Under the pieces are notes generated by a model, which worked only from the letters and a program-made list of their open reading frames with translations, was not told where the DNA came from and did not search any database. From a virus (taxonomy: Duplodnaviria > Caudoviricetes): a stretch of 59,352 nucleotides of DNA. Positions within the stretch are counted from its first letter, which is position 1; every line of letters starts with the position of its first letter. Of the stretch, positions 9,489-19,023 are shown one piece after another. Where the stretch lies: positions 1-59,352 of IMG/VR virus record IMGVR_UViG_3300037041_001560. One strand, written 5' to 3'. Both the position numbers and the translations under genes were made by a program.

Positions 9489-9800
9489 ATGGCAAAGATT
9501 AGAGTAAAGTCAGCAGCTTGGCAACGTAAGGAGGGTAAAAATCCTGAAGGCGGTTTGAACGCTAAGGGGAGAGCCTCTTATAAAGCCGAGACGGGTGGAA
9601 CTCTTAAAGCACCAGTTAAATCCGGCGACAATCCTAGACGTGCTAGTTTTTTGGCTAGAATGGGAGGTATGCCCGGTCCTGAATATAAAGATGGTAAACC
9701 TACAAGACTTTTATTATCTTTGAAGGCGTGGGGGGCATCCTCCAAAGCTGATGCAAAAGCTAAGGCTAAAAATATTTCAGAACGTAATAAAAACAAATAA
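9489..9800 (+). CDS. small basic phage protein (DUF6321-like)
   Basis: AAWQRKEGKNPEGGLNAKGRASY...RRASFLARMGGM; ATG at 9489. Confidence 0.8.
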   Translation: MAKIRVKSAAWQRKEGKNPEGGLNAKGRASYKAETGGTLKAPVKSGDNPRRASFLARMGGMPGPEYKDGKPTRLLLSLKAWGASSKADAKAKAKNISERNKNK

Positions 9801-9801
9801 A

Positions 9802-10068
9802 ATGGAAAGCTCAAAAAAAATCAAAGTAAAATTTAAGTCCCCTAGTGGAACTGTTGTTAGCGGAATGATGGGTAGTGATATTCCCAAAGCTGCTAAATTA
9901 AAAGAAGATGCTCGCAAACTGCGTGCTGAAAACCTTAGAAAGGAGAGTTTAAAAAAAGAAGCTCGCGAATTAAGAGCTGAAAATCTTCGTAACAAATCTT
10001 CAGAGGCTAGTCCAATTTCTGTTGGCATGCGTATGATGAATAAGTTGTCTAAGAAAGAAAAACCATAA
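9802..10068 (+). CDS. small basic protein with internal repeat
   Basis: LKEDARKLRAENLR / LKKEARELRAENLR; ATG at 9802. Confidence 0.65.
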   Translation: MESSKKIKVKFKSPSGTVVSGMMGSDIPKAAKLKEDARKLRAENLRKESLKKEARELRAENLRNKSSEASPISVGMRMMNKLSKKEKP

Positions 10069-10074
10069 TTTTTT

Positions 10075-10524
10075 ATGACAATTGACCCTGAAAAAAAGAA
10101 AAAACGCATTAAGGTTAAGGTTAAAGCTGGCCAAGCTAGCCCATCTATCCCAGAAGGTTTTGAAAAAGACCCAACTAGGAGTAGGAAGGGTAAAGATGTC
10201 TATATTAAAGAGACAACTACCGTAACGCCAAATGAATCTTCTTTTGGTAGGGAAGCCACTTCTGCTGAAAAAAAATCAATGCAAGAAGGGTCTTTTTATA
10301 GTTCTAATGAGGCTCAATATCGTGATGGAGAATCTGTTAAAACAGATAAAAGCGAATTTATTGTTAAAAAGAAAGAGCCTAAATTTAAAGAAGAAGGTCC
10401 ATCTTTTACAGGTAAAGAAAAAAGAGAAGGTCGTAGAGCTGAAAGGCAAGCGAGATGTGCGGGTAAAAAGTTTAGTGTTGGCTGTAAAGTTGGTTCCGGT
10501 AGAGTTAGTAGAGCACGTTATTGA
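10075..10524 (+). CDS. basic hypothetical protein
   Basis: 149 aa Lys-rich ORF followed by terminator. Confidence 0.65.
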   Translation: MTIDPEKKKKRIKVKVKAGQASPSIPEGFEKDPTRSRKGKDVYIKETTTVTPNESSFGREATSAEKKSMQEGSFYSSNEAQYRDGESVKTDKSEFIVKKKEPKFKEEGPSFTGKEKREGRRAERQARCAGKKFSVGCKVGSGRVSRARY

Positions 10525-10528
10525 CAAA

Positions 10529-10560
10529 TAAAGGTAGCTAGTTAAATCTAGCTACCTTTA
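10529..10560 (+). terminator. perfect 13 bp stem-loop, probable terminator
   Basis: taaaggtagctag-ttaaat-ctagctaccttta. Confidence 0.75.
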
Positions 10561-10584
10561 ATACCTAAAACAAAATAAATTTTT

Positions 10585-11250
10585 ATGTCTGAACTTAAGT
10601 GGGTTCAAGGCAAGGTAATAATCAGCGTAGATTTAGAAAGTAAAAATAGTCACACGTTTTCTGACGGGACTAAAATACGCATTGAACGTCAATGGAATAA
10701 TTTAAATAAAAGGGAAACTCATCCTGTAAATGCTACTGTAATAAGTGGTGAGGGGATTAAATCTGGTAGTCAGATATTAATTCATCCAAATATGACTCAC
10801 GATACTTACAGGGTATTCGATTTTGCCCCATTATCTGGTGAAATTGAGGGGAATGATACGAAATATTATTCTATACCTTCTGAACAATGTTACGCTTGGC
10901 TTGATGGTGATACTTGGAGGCCATTAAAGGGTTTTGATTTTGGATTGAGAGTTTTCATGCCTTATGAAGGAAAATTGTCTGGTATTGAGCCATCACTAGT
11001 TAGTGATGTTCTTTATGTTACGACAGGAGAATTTAGTGGTAAGATAGTTCATACGCTGAAGGCTTGCGACTATGAAATTATATTTCAGGATACTAATGGC
11101 CAAGAAGGTAGATTGATACGATTTAGGCACTTCCCTGACGAAGAAAATGAAAGGGAAGAGATAATAGCTATAGATGATTATTTGACTGATAAGTTGAATA
11201 GAGGTGAATTGCTTGTAGGTTTAACTTCAACTAAAGCCGAAAAAATATGA
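10585..11250 (+). CDS. conserved phage protein, possible GroES-like fold
   Basis: VIISVD..K..H...G...ATVIS...IKSGSQILIHPN pattern; upstream of terminase. Confidence 0.5.
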   Translation: MSELKWVQGKVIISVDLESKNSHTFSDGTKIRIERQWNNLNKRETHPVNATVISGEGIKSGSQILIHPNMTHDTYRVFDFAPLSGEIEGNDTKYYSIPSEQCYAWLDGDTWRPLKGFDFGLRVFMPYEGKLSGIEPSLVSDVLYVTTGEFSGKIVHTLKACDYEIIFQDTNGQEGRLIRFRHFPDEENEREEIIAIDDYLTDKLNRGELLVGLTSTKAEKI

Positions 11251-11585
11251 ATGACGCTGTAAAAAGTATTATTGAAAAAGAGATTGAAGACTTGAAGTCT
11301 AGATTAAAATCATATGAAGAGAATGGTGCTGCTAAACTATTTTATTCTTTGCAGCGAAAAGCTAATGAAATGGCTGATTTGTTGAATGGTAATAGTTTGG
11401 CTAGGATAAATCTAGATGACCCAAAGGATAAAAGTTTTGATAGGATTTTCAAGATTTTAGAAAAAAGCCAAACGGTAAGTGAGTCTATCAGAAGTTTGAG
11501 AGACGCTGCTGGTATTACTGGCAATGAAAAGGCTGACGTAGAAAAGAAACCTTTTTTAGATAGGATAGCTGAAAAACGAGATTAA
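11247..11585 (+). CDS. hypothetical, candidate terminase small subunit
   Basis: Helical 112 aa protein just upstream of TerL; positional inference. Confidence 0.45.
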   Translation: MNDAVKSIIEKEIEDLKSRLKSYEENGAAKLFYSLQRKANEMADLLNGNSLARINLDDPKDKSFDRIFKILEKSQTVSESIRSLRDAAGITGNEKADVEKKPFLDRIAEKRD

Positions 11586-11586
11586 T

Positions 11587-11709
11587 ATGGCAAAGGGAAG
11601 TAATTCATCAACTAAAGTAACTTTTGGCGCTAGAAAAGGCGGCAAAGCTCGTAAAAGTCGAAATAAGCACGATAAAAAAGAACGCAATTATCGTGGGCAG
11701 GGCAGATAA
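11587..11709 (+). CDS. 40 aa basic peptide ending YRGQGR
   Basis: Manual translation MAKGSNSSTKVTFGARKGGKARKSRNKHDKKERNYRGQGR; fills the gap before TerL. Confidence 0.75.
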   Translation: MAKGSNSSTKVTFGARKGGKARKSRNKHDKKERNYRGQGR

Positions 11710-11711
11710 TT

Positions 11712-13775
11712 ATGTCTGATTTTGATATTATATACGGCCACAAAATAAAGTTACCTCCATGTCCATCGGATGAGGAAGTAATTAATTATGGACTCCCAGA
11801 AGAGGACCAAATGTGGGTTCGTGAAGAACTGCCTTCATATTTTGAGAGGGTAGAATATAATAAAGCAGGAGACCTTATACTGACTGAAGCTCAAGAGGAT
11901 TATGCGACTAGGGAATTGTTGAGATGTAAAAATGGAGTTTGGATTTTCATAAAAGGGAAACCATACTACATAACTAAAAAATATTATTTCTATTTACAGT
12001 GGTGGACACTTGAAGATGGCTCTAGACCAGAATACAGAGATTGTGACAGAAGATATTTTATATATTTAGAGCATTGGGAAAATGTACTGTGGTGTCTTGG
12101 TATTATTCGAGGTAAAAAGCGACGTGAAGGTGCTTCTTCCCAAGCAACATCAAATCTAGTATACGACGCTATATTTTATAAGAACTCAAACTGCGGACTT
12201 ATATCTAAGTCAAATGAAGATGGTAGAGCTACATTTACTGAGATGGTTGCATATGGGTATAGGCAGTTACCTGCTTTCTTGAAGCCTAAGCAGATGAATC
12301 GTGAAGATAGCGTGACTGAATTGGTTTTCGCCCAAAAATCGTCTAACGTAAAGGACGGGGTAGCTGCTACACAAAAGGATGATGAAGGTAATAGGTCTAA
12401 AATCAATTATCGAGCTCCAGTACTAAACGCATATGACCGTGGTCGTATGAGTAGGATATTATTGGATGAGTTTGGTAAGTTGGAAAAGGATGTCCCAGCC
12501 TCACAATTATTTGCCATCGTTTCTAAAACTCTTGTAAAGGGGGTAAAGAGGGTTGGATTTGTTGAAATGCCTTCTACAGTCAACAAGATGACTAAGGGTG
12601 GCTCTGAGTTTAAAATGCTCTGGGAAAATGCTGATTTAGGTAAAAGGACTCCTACGGTAAACAGGCTTGTAAGATACTTTAGTCCAGCTTTTGATGGATA
12701 TGAAGGTTTTATTGATGAGTATGGATTTAGTGTGATGGATTCCCCAACAGAAGAACAGGCACAATATCTTATCGAAAAATGGGTTAGAAAAGATGAGGAT
12801 GGGAACACAATAAGTGAACTTTCAGAAGAAGACATTAGGCTTGGAGCAAGAGCCTATATTCAAAAAAGAAGGGAAGGCCGGAAAGGAGATGACTTAGAGG
12901 AAGAGATTCGTATGAATCCATGCAACGAGATTGAGCTGTTTATGTCAGCTAACGCGGATTGCATTTTTAATGTTATGAAGATTAATGAAAGAGTTGAATA
13001 TCTTAAAAATAATAACATATATAAGCGTAAGTTATTGTTTTACAGGGATATAGACCAGAAAGTAAAGTGGAGAGATGCTAAAGAAACTGAAGAGAATTTT
13101 TGCTGGGAATTTGTGGGAGATTTGAATTTAAGGGGAGAAGATAATAAGTCCTATTGGGATGGACCATTTAAAAAACCAGCTAGAACTGATATAGGAGTTA
13201 TCGGATTGGATAGCTATTCAAATAGTCAGGGCGGTAAAAAGTACGGCTCAAAGGCATCTGCTTGGGTTTACTTGAAATATGATTTAAAAGACCCTGTAAA
13301 CACTGGGCTATTTACAGGCCATTTATATGGCAGACCTATAGAAAAGGATGACCTGCATAATCAGGTAATGCTTTGCGCAGAATATTTGGGTTACCAGATT
13401 TACATAGAATTCGTGGCTGATGATTACTATTCTTATTATAAAGATAGAGGTAAGTTGGGATATCTGGCTAAGTTCCCCTTAAATGCAATAGACCCAAACA
13501 GACGAAAAACGGGTTCATTTGATAGGCACTACGGGTTCCCTGTAACTGATTTTGCTATGACTAAGCAAAATGATGCCATGATTAGTTATGTAGAACACTA
13601 TTGCGATAAAATATATTGGATTGAACTTTTGGAGGATTTGAAGGTCTATGACCCTTCAAAACGTACACCAAGCGACCGGACCGTAAGTGCTATGATTGCG
13701 CTGGTTGGTGGTTTGGAGCCAGTGTATAAGCCACCGCCCCCCAAGGAACCACTTGTAAAGGTTTATCCACGATAA
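11712..13775 (+). CDS. terL: terminase large subunit
   Basis: ATPase motifs KKRREGAS and ILLDEFGK, nuclease GLDSY...D motifs; directly upstream of portal. Confidence 0.9.
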   Translation: MSDFDIIYGHKIKLPPCPSDEEVINYGLPEEDQMWVREELPSYFERVEYNKAGDLILTEAQEDYATRELLRCKNGVWIFIKGKPYYITKKYYFYLQWWTLEDGSRPEYRDCDRRYFIYLEHWENVLWCLGIIRGKKRREGASSQATSNLVYDAIFYKNSNCGLISKSNEDGRATFTEMVAYGYRQLPAFLKPKQMNREDSVTELVFAQKSSNVKDGVAATQKDDEGNRSKINYRAPVLNAYDRGRMSRILLDEFGKLEKDVPASQLFAIVSKTLVKGVKRVGFVEMPSTVNKMTKGGSEFKMLWENADLGKRTPTVNRLVRYFSPAFDGYEGFIDEYGFSVMDSPTEEQAQYLIEKWVRKDEDGNTISELSEEDIRLGARAYIQKRREGRKGDDLEEEIRMNPCNEIELFMSANADCIFNVMKINERVEYLKNNNIYKRKLLFYRDIDQKVKWRDAKETEENFCWEFVGDLNLRGEDNKSYWDGPFKKPARTDIGVIGLDSYSNSQGGKKYGSKASAWVYLKYDLKDPVNTGLFTGHLYGRPIEKDDLHNQVMLCAEYLGYQIYIEFVADDYYSYYKDRGKLGYLAKFPLNAIDPNRRKTGSFDRHYGFPVTDFAMTKQNDAMISYVEHYCDKIYWIELLEDLKVYDPSKRTPSDRTVSAMIALVGGLEPVYKPPPPKEPLVKVYPR

Positions 13776-13846
13776 AAAAAATTTTTTGATAAAAAAACTT
13801 ATATTTGTTCTTGAATAGTGGGTTAATTTTTATTAAAAAATTGTAG

Positions 13847-16297
13847 ATGCAGCAGAATTCTGCACAAATACTAAAAGATTTCCAGCTCAATAATTTATCT
13901 ATTAAAGATAAATCTGACTGGGGTTACGGCAAGCAACTTGCCCAATATATTAATACTACAATAACTGGAGGTATATCTAGTTATTTTTGGGTTCGAAATG
14001 CTCGTTGGCGTACTAATCGTGGTTACGCTAATGGTCGTGTGCCCATGAGCAAATTCCAAGATTTGCTTGAATTTAATGGGAAGATAAACTATATAAATAT
14101 TAATTGGCAGTCAATTAATGTTGTTAATCGTGTTGTATCTGGTTTAGTTGGTCGTTGGATGAGTAGAAGCGAAAAGATTAGAGTTACTGCCATAGATTCC
14201 CTGTCAGTAAAACAGAAGAAAGACCAATTAGATGAGATTGAGTTCATGGTTAGTAATAGGGAAGAGCTAGAACAATTGGAGGCTGAAGCTGGTATTCAGA
14301 TTATCCCAAAGCACGAGCAACTCCCGGCTGACAAAGAAGAGCTTTTGATTTGGAAAGAGCAGTTCCAGCGTTTGCCTGAAGAAATAGAGTATGAAATGTC
14401 ATGCAATGACATTCTTGCTGCTAATGGATTTTTTGATGTCATGAAAGAAAAGATGCTTCATGATTCTGCCACTACTGGATTTGTTGCAACATATACTTAT
14501 ATGGATGACCAAGGGGTCGTTCACGTTGAACTGTTGAAGCCTGAAAACTGCTTCTATTCTTATTCTAATTACAATGATTTTCGTGACACTACATGGCGTG
14601 GTGTAATACGCACTTTGAAGATAAGTGAGATACGTCGTAGATATGGTAAAGAATTCGGGGGCAAATTAAGCGAGGAGGAGATTTGGAAGATTGCTCAATT
14701 TGCTAAAGAGTTTCAGTTGTATGATAATATCACTTGGCTTACTGAGTGGAATGTAACTTTCCTTCGTCCTTATGATGAATGGAATATTGACATCTTGGAA
14801 TTTGAGCTCAAGACTGTAGATAGCGACCCATATACTGTAGTTACTACAAAGAAAAACAAGAGTACTATTGTAAAGAAGGGAAGACCTGAGAAGGTTGGAG
14901 AAAATGAGGAAGTTATCGCTGATACTCATTGGAATATATATCGTGGAGTATTTTGTCGCCAACTTAATCTGATGCTTGATTGGGGTATCAAGAAAAATAT
15001 GATTCGCCCCGAAGACCCTAAAGAGGTAGGTAATGCAGAGTTCTCATATAGCTTTTATATGGTTCAGAATTATGATATGACTTCCCTCGCTATCCCAGAA
15101 AAGATTCAAGAACCAGTTGACCAAATGATTATTGCTCGTCTAAAGATGCAGCAATTGGTGGCTAAAATGCGTCCAGTGGGTTCTCTTATTAACTGGGATG
15201 CTCTTCAGAATATCGATTACGGATTGGGAGATGGTAATAAAGCAATTGATGTAAAAAAACTATACGACCAGACTGGTGACCTTTATTATCGCGGCAAAGA
15301 CGCTGAAGGAAACCCAGTGCCTGTACCTGTTACGGAATTGGCTAATTCAGGGTTCCTAAGTCAGCTTCAGGGTCTTATTTTGCTTTACGACAAGCACTAT
15401 TCAATTCTTAAAGATGAATTAGGGGAAGACCCGAACTTGATTTCCCAAGCCATCCAACCACGAGTTGCTGTATCTAATATCGATACTGCTCAACAGGCTG
15501 CTCAATTTGCTACTGACTATTTCTATTGGGCATATACAAACTGTATCGCTGAAACTGCTAAGAAAATTTCATGCCTTCTTAAGAATTCAGTTAAATATGG
15601 TGCTGACGCATATCGTGGTATGAATAAGCAGAAACTTGCAGGTAAGATGTTTTCGACTAGAATTCAACTTCTACCTGACCAAGGGGAACTTATGCGCTTT
15701 GAGGCTTTGCTTAATCAAACTCTGGCAACTAACCCAGATTTTGTAATGTATGTCGACCCATTTCAAATTATGCGTGTAGCTAAGGAGGATGTTAAATTAG
15801 CCGAAGCTTTATTCCGTCGTGCCCAGAAGAAAATGATTGTTACTCAGCAAGAAATGGCTATGCAAAATCAGCAAATGACTTTCCAAGGTCAGGCTGCTGC
15901 TGCTCAGGCTGCTGAAGAAGCAAAGCGTCAAACAAAAGAGCTAGAAGGTCAAATTGATATTAAGCGGGCTCAAATGACAGCCGAAGCACAGAATCGTACT
16001 AGCGTATTGCAAATGGCTACAGCTTTGTATTTGAAGATGCAAGAGACTGGACAGCCAATTCCCGCAGAACTGCAACCACTTATCCAAGCAGTTATGGAGA
16101 ATGTAGGTTTGGCAGCTGTAGTTTCAACAGATGAACAAAAGCAACAAATCGCAGCTCAAATGCAAGCAGCACAACAGCAGGCGATGATGGAACAACAGGT
16201 TATGCAGGAACAAGGTCAAATGCCTGAGGGGGAAATGCCAGTTGAGGAAGGAGTAGAAGCCCCTCTTCCGGAACAACAAGAAATTCCCCAGCAATAA
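13847..16297 (+). CDS. portal protein
   Basis: 816 aa after TerL, INWQSINVVNRVV motif, Gln-rich helical C-terminal barrel. Confidence 0.88.
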   Translation: MQQNSAQILKDFQLNNLSIKDKSDWGYGKQLAQYINTTITGGISSYFWVRNARWRTNRGYANGRVPMSKFQDLLEFNGKINYININWQSINVVNRVVSGLVGRWMSRSEKIRVTAIDSLSVKQKKDQLDEIEFMVSNREELEQLEAEAGIQIIPKHEQLPADKEELLIWKEQFQRLPEEIEYEMSCNDILAANGFFDVMKEKMLHDSATTGFVATYTYMDDQGVVHVELLKPENCFYSYSNYNDFRDTTWRGVIRTLKISEIRRRYGKEFGGKLSEEEIWKIAQFAKEFQLYDNITWLTEWNVTFLRPYDEWNIDILEFELKTVDSDPYTVVTTKKNKSTIVKKGRPEKVGENEEVIADTHWNIYRGVFCRQLNLMLDWGIKKNMIRPEDPKEVGNAEFSYSFYMVQNYDMTSLAIPEKIQEPVDQMIIARLKMQQLVAKMRPVGSLINWDALQNIDYGLGDGNKAIDVKKLYDQTGDLYYRGKDAEGNPVPVPVTELANSGFLSQLQGLILLYDKHYSILKDELGEDPNLISQAIQPRVAVSNIDTAQQAAQFATDYFYWAYTNCIAETAKKISCLLKNSVKYGADAYRGMNKQKLAGKMFSTRIQLLPDQGELMRFEALLNQTLATNPDFVMYVDPFQIMRVAKEDVKLAEALFRRAQKKMIVTQQEMAMQNQQMTFQGQAAAAQAAEEAKRQTKELEGQIDIKRAQMTAEAQNRTSVLQMATALYLKMQETGQPIPAELQPLIQAVMENVGLAAVVSTDEQKQQIAAQMQAAQQQAMMEQQVMQEQGQMPEGEMPVEEGVEAPLPEQQEIPQQ

Positions 16298-16332
16298 TAA
16301 AAAATCTTAAATTTGTATAAAATAATAATAAA

Positions 16333-16602
16333 ATGCCCACACTAGCACTAACAAATCAAGTTGCCTCACAAGCTTTAAGGGGAGAAAATACAAAAGTTAC
16401 TTTGTCTGCCGCCGATGCTGCAAATCTTTCTTCTTTAAGCGTAGGTATGCGATGCCAAGGCAGCACTTTTTCGACTCTTGGGTATATATATAGTATTGAT
16501 TCTGTTGGTAAATCTTTCGAGGTAATTCCTGCGCAACCAGATTTTTATTTTGGTGCTGAGGGTTATCTTAAATCATCTGTAACAGTTACGGTAACTTTAT
16601 AA
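16333..16602 (+). CDS. hypothetical (possible virion) protein
   Basis: ORF after TAAATTTG promoter-like element. Confidence 0.6.
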   Translation: MPTLALTNQVASQALRGENTKVTLSAADAANLSSLSVGMRCQGSTFSTLGYIYSIDSVGKSFEVIPAQPDFYFGAEGYLKSSVTVTVTL

Positions 16603-16612
16603 ATAAAAATAT

Positions 16613-16990
16613 ATGTCAGTACAAATAGTATTAGATGTAACCAATGAGTTTAATTCAGGCTCTGAGTCCGGATTCCCCGGTCTTATTAAATTAGATACTG
16701 GAGGGTATGATTATGCTGTAGTTCAATTTATCAGCCCAACAGATACTGTAACTTTTAGACACACAAATGATTCTGGAGATATTCAGGGTGTGTCTGATGG
16801 AAGTGCAATTTCATCTACTAATGCACAATTGGTTCAGGGAATAAATTTGGCTACTGGTGCAGCAGCAACGTCTACTGGAGCAAGTAGTTTATTTCGATTC
16901 CAATCAAACGGAAGATATTTGTGGCTAGATGGTTCTCTTACACCTGTTAGTGTTACAAAATTATTGGTTCGTCTTTACAAAATTCATTGA
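16613..16990 (+). CDS. hypothetical beta-rich (possible virion) protein
   Basis: 125 aa ORF in head cluster. Confidence 0.6.
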   Translation: MSVQIVLDVTNEFNSGSESGFPGLIKLDTGGYDYAVVQFISPTDTVTFRHTNDSGDIQGVSDGSAISSTNAQLVQGINLATGAAATSTGASSLFRFQSNGRYLWLDGSLTPVSVTKLLVRLYKIH

Positions 16991-16992
16991 TA

Positions 16993-17196
16993 ATGAAAAA
17001 GGTAAGATTGAAGGTTAAAAAGAAAGGGCAAAAGCCAATTGAGTTTAAGGAGGGTGCTTTGCGTTCACAACTTCATGCAAAAAAAGGGGAACCAATTCCC
17101 GCATCTAAAATGAAAGCTGCCGAAGAAGGGGAAATGGGTCCTTTGGCTAAAAAGCGGGCTTTGTTTAAGAAAAATGTTTTAACTGGCAAGAAATGA
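16993..17196 (+). CDS. small basic phage protein
   Basis: MKKVRLKVKKK...KEGALRSQLH.KKGEPIPASKM...LAKKRALF. Confidence 0.7.
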   Translation: MKKVRLKVKKKGQKPIEFKEGALRSQLHAKKGEPIPASKMKAAEEGEMGPLAKKRALFKKNVLTGKK

Positions 17197-17342
17197 AAGA
17201 GATGATTAAACGCGCAGATGGTTCTTACTCCCAAAGAGGTCTTTGGGATAATATTCGTGCGAATAAGGGAAGTGGTAAAGAGCCTACTAAAGAAATGTTG
17301 AAGCAAGAAAAAAAGATTAAACTAAAAGTAAAAAAGAAATAA
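17193..17342 (+). CDS. 49 aa basic phage protein
   Basis: Manual translation MKEMIKRADGSYSQRGLWDNIRANKGSGKEPTKEMLKQEKKIKLKVKKK; ATGA-coupled; not in track. Confidence 0.75.
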   Translation: MKEMIKRADGSYSQRGLWDNIRANKGSGKEPTKEMLKQEKKIKLKVKKK

Positions 17343-17343
17343 A

Positions 17344-17760
17344 ATGGCTACTGTTTTTAAAGTTCGGGAAGATATGGCTAAGTCTAAAATGACTCCAGAG
17401 GATGTTCAGTCTAAACTTTTTTATTTATCTGATGCAGCTCACAAGCTACACTTAGATACAAAATCTTATGCTGAACACAAGGCTTTAGGAAAGCTGTATG
17501 AAGGTCTTATTGGATTTCGTGATGAAATTTCTGAAAAGCTGATGGGATATATGAATGGTAAGCGCATAGGAGGGTTTTCTGTTGGTAAACTTCCTGAATA
17601 TTCTGCTGGGGAATCAATGAAGTTGGCTGATGAGGTTGTTGATTTCGCTAAAGATTTGTGTGATTATGCAGCTGCCAACAAATTCATTGATTTGGAGAAC
17701 GTGGGCCAAAGCTTAAGTGGACTTGGAGCTCAAACCAAATACCTTCTCACTCTTAAGTAA
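17344..17760 (+). CDS. Dps/ferritin-like four-helix protein (DUF5856-like)
   Basis: HKLHLDTKSYAEHKALGKLYEGL...DEISEKLMG...TKYLLTLK. Confidence 0.8.
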   Translation: MATVFKVREDMAKSKMTPEDVQSKLFYLSDAAHKLHLDTKSYAEHKALGKLYEGLIGFRDEISEKLMGYMNGKRIGGFSVGKLPEYSAGESMKLADEVVDFAKDLCDYAAANKFIDLENVGQSLSGLGAQTKYLLTLK

Positions 17761-17785
17761 TTTATTTCTAACCTAAAATATAATC

Positions 17786-18991
17786 ATGTCTGAAACAACA
17801 CAAAATTTGCAGCAAGAATCATCAGAGCAGGTTCAGCAAGCATCTGCTGAGCAAAATCAGCAGCAAGCGTTTAATCCATTTTCTGATAGCAGTTGGGTGA
17901 CACCATCTGAAGATGGTAACATTAATTTCCCTTCTGATGTCACATCTTCCCAGCAATCAACATCAACAGAAGATGAATACGAAGAAGAAATAGTAGAACC
18001 TTCTGAGTGGCTTAAGCGTGAATTTGATTGGGAAAGTGTTGACGCTGCAAAACAAGAACTTGAGGAGCTTCGGAAACTTAGAGAATCTAGTGCAGAAAGT
18101 GAAATTGAATTTGAAAACGAAGAAAGTTTAAATCTCTTTCGTTTATTTAAAGAAGGCAAACAGGATGAAGTATACAATTATTTAGAGACTCGTCGCAAAT
18201 TAAGTAGTTTGATTGACGGGGAAATGAATAAAGATTCTGCTGTTGAAATCGTAAAGATGAACATGCGGAATAATTATCCTGACTTGACTAAAGAAGAAAT
18301 TGAGTTTCAGTTTAATAGAAATTTTGGTGTTCCATCAAAGCCAGTTCAAAAAGATATTGAAACTGACGAGGAATATCAAGAGCGTTTAGATACTTGGCAA
18401 AATCAAGTAAAAGAAGCTGAAACTGAACTAATGATAGAAGCAAAGCTGGCTAAGCCGGATTTGCAGAAATATCGTGATGAGCTAGTTTTTCCAGATATAG
18501 AAGATGGTCGCAATTCTTATGAGCCAACCCAAGAGGAATTGGATGCTCAGGCGAAGTTTGTTGACTATTTCAAAGATTCTGCTAGCGAAGCCTTAATTTC
18601 TTTTGATGGATTTAGCGTTTCGGTTAAGGACGAAGAAGTCGATATACCGCTATCTTACGCTATTTCTCAAGAAGAAAAGGGAATAGTTGCAGAACAACTT
18701 GAACAGTTTGCTAATTCAGGATTTGATGCGAATGTAATCTTGGCTGAAAGGTGGTTGACGCAAGACGGAAACATCAACACAAATCAAATTGTAAAAGATT
18801 TGGCTTTGTTGTTAAGTGAGGGGAAGATGAGTCAGAAGTTTGTGAATGAGGCTGCTTCAAAGCGTCTCGCTGAGCACATTCGTCGGACTAGTAACATTAG
18901 TGTTACTTCCCGGACCCCACAGAATACCTTCAGCCCAGAATCCAAATCTGACAGGGATAAGCAAATTGAATATATCTGGAAGAATAGTTGA
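17786..18991 (+). CDS. capsid scaffolding protein
   Basis: Very acidic helical protein immediately upstream of major capsid. Confidence 0.7.
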   Translation: MSETTQNLQQESSEQVQQASAEQNQQQAFNPFSDSSWVTPSEDGNINFPSDVTSSQQSTSTEDEYEEEIVEPSEWLKREFDWESVDAAKQELEELRKLRESSAESEIEFENEESLNLFRLFKEGKQDEVYNYLETRRKLSSLIDGEMNKDSAVEIVKMNMRNNYPDLTKEEIEFQFNRNFGVPSKPVQKDIETDEEYQERLDTWQNQVKEAETELMIEAKLAKPDLQKYRDELVFPDIEDGRNSYEPTQEELDAQAKFVDYFKDSASEALISFDGFSVSVKDEEVDIPLSYAISQEEKGIVAEQLEQFANSGFDANVILAERWLTQDGNINTNQIVKDLALLLSEGKMSQKFVNEAASKRLAEHIRRTSNISVTSRTPQNTFSPESKSDRDKQIEYIWKNS

Positions 18992-19023
18992 TATATATTC
19001 AATAACAATTAAAATTTAACAAA

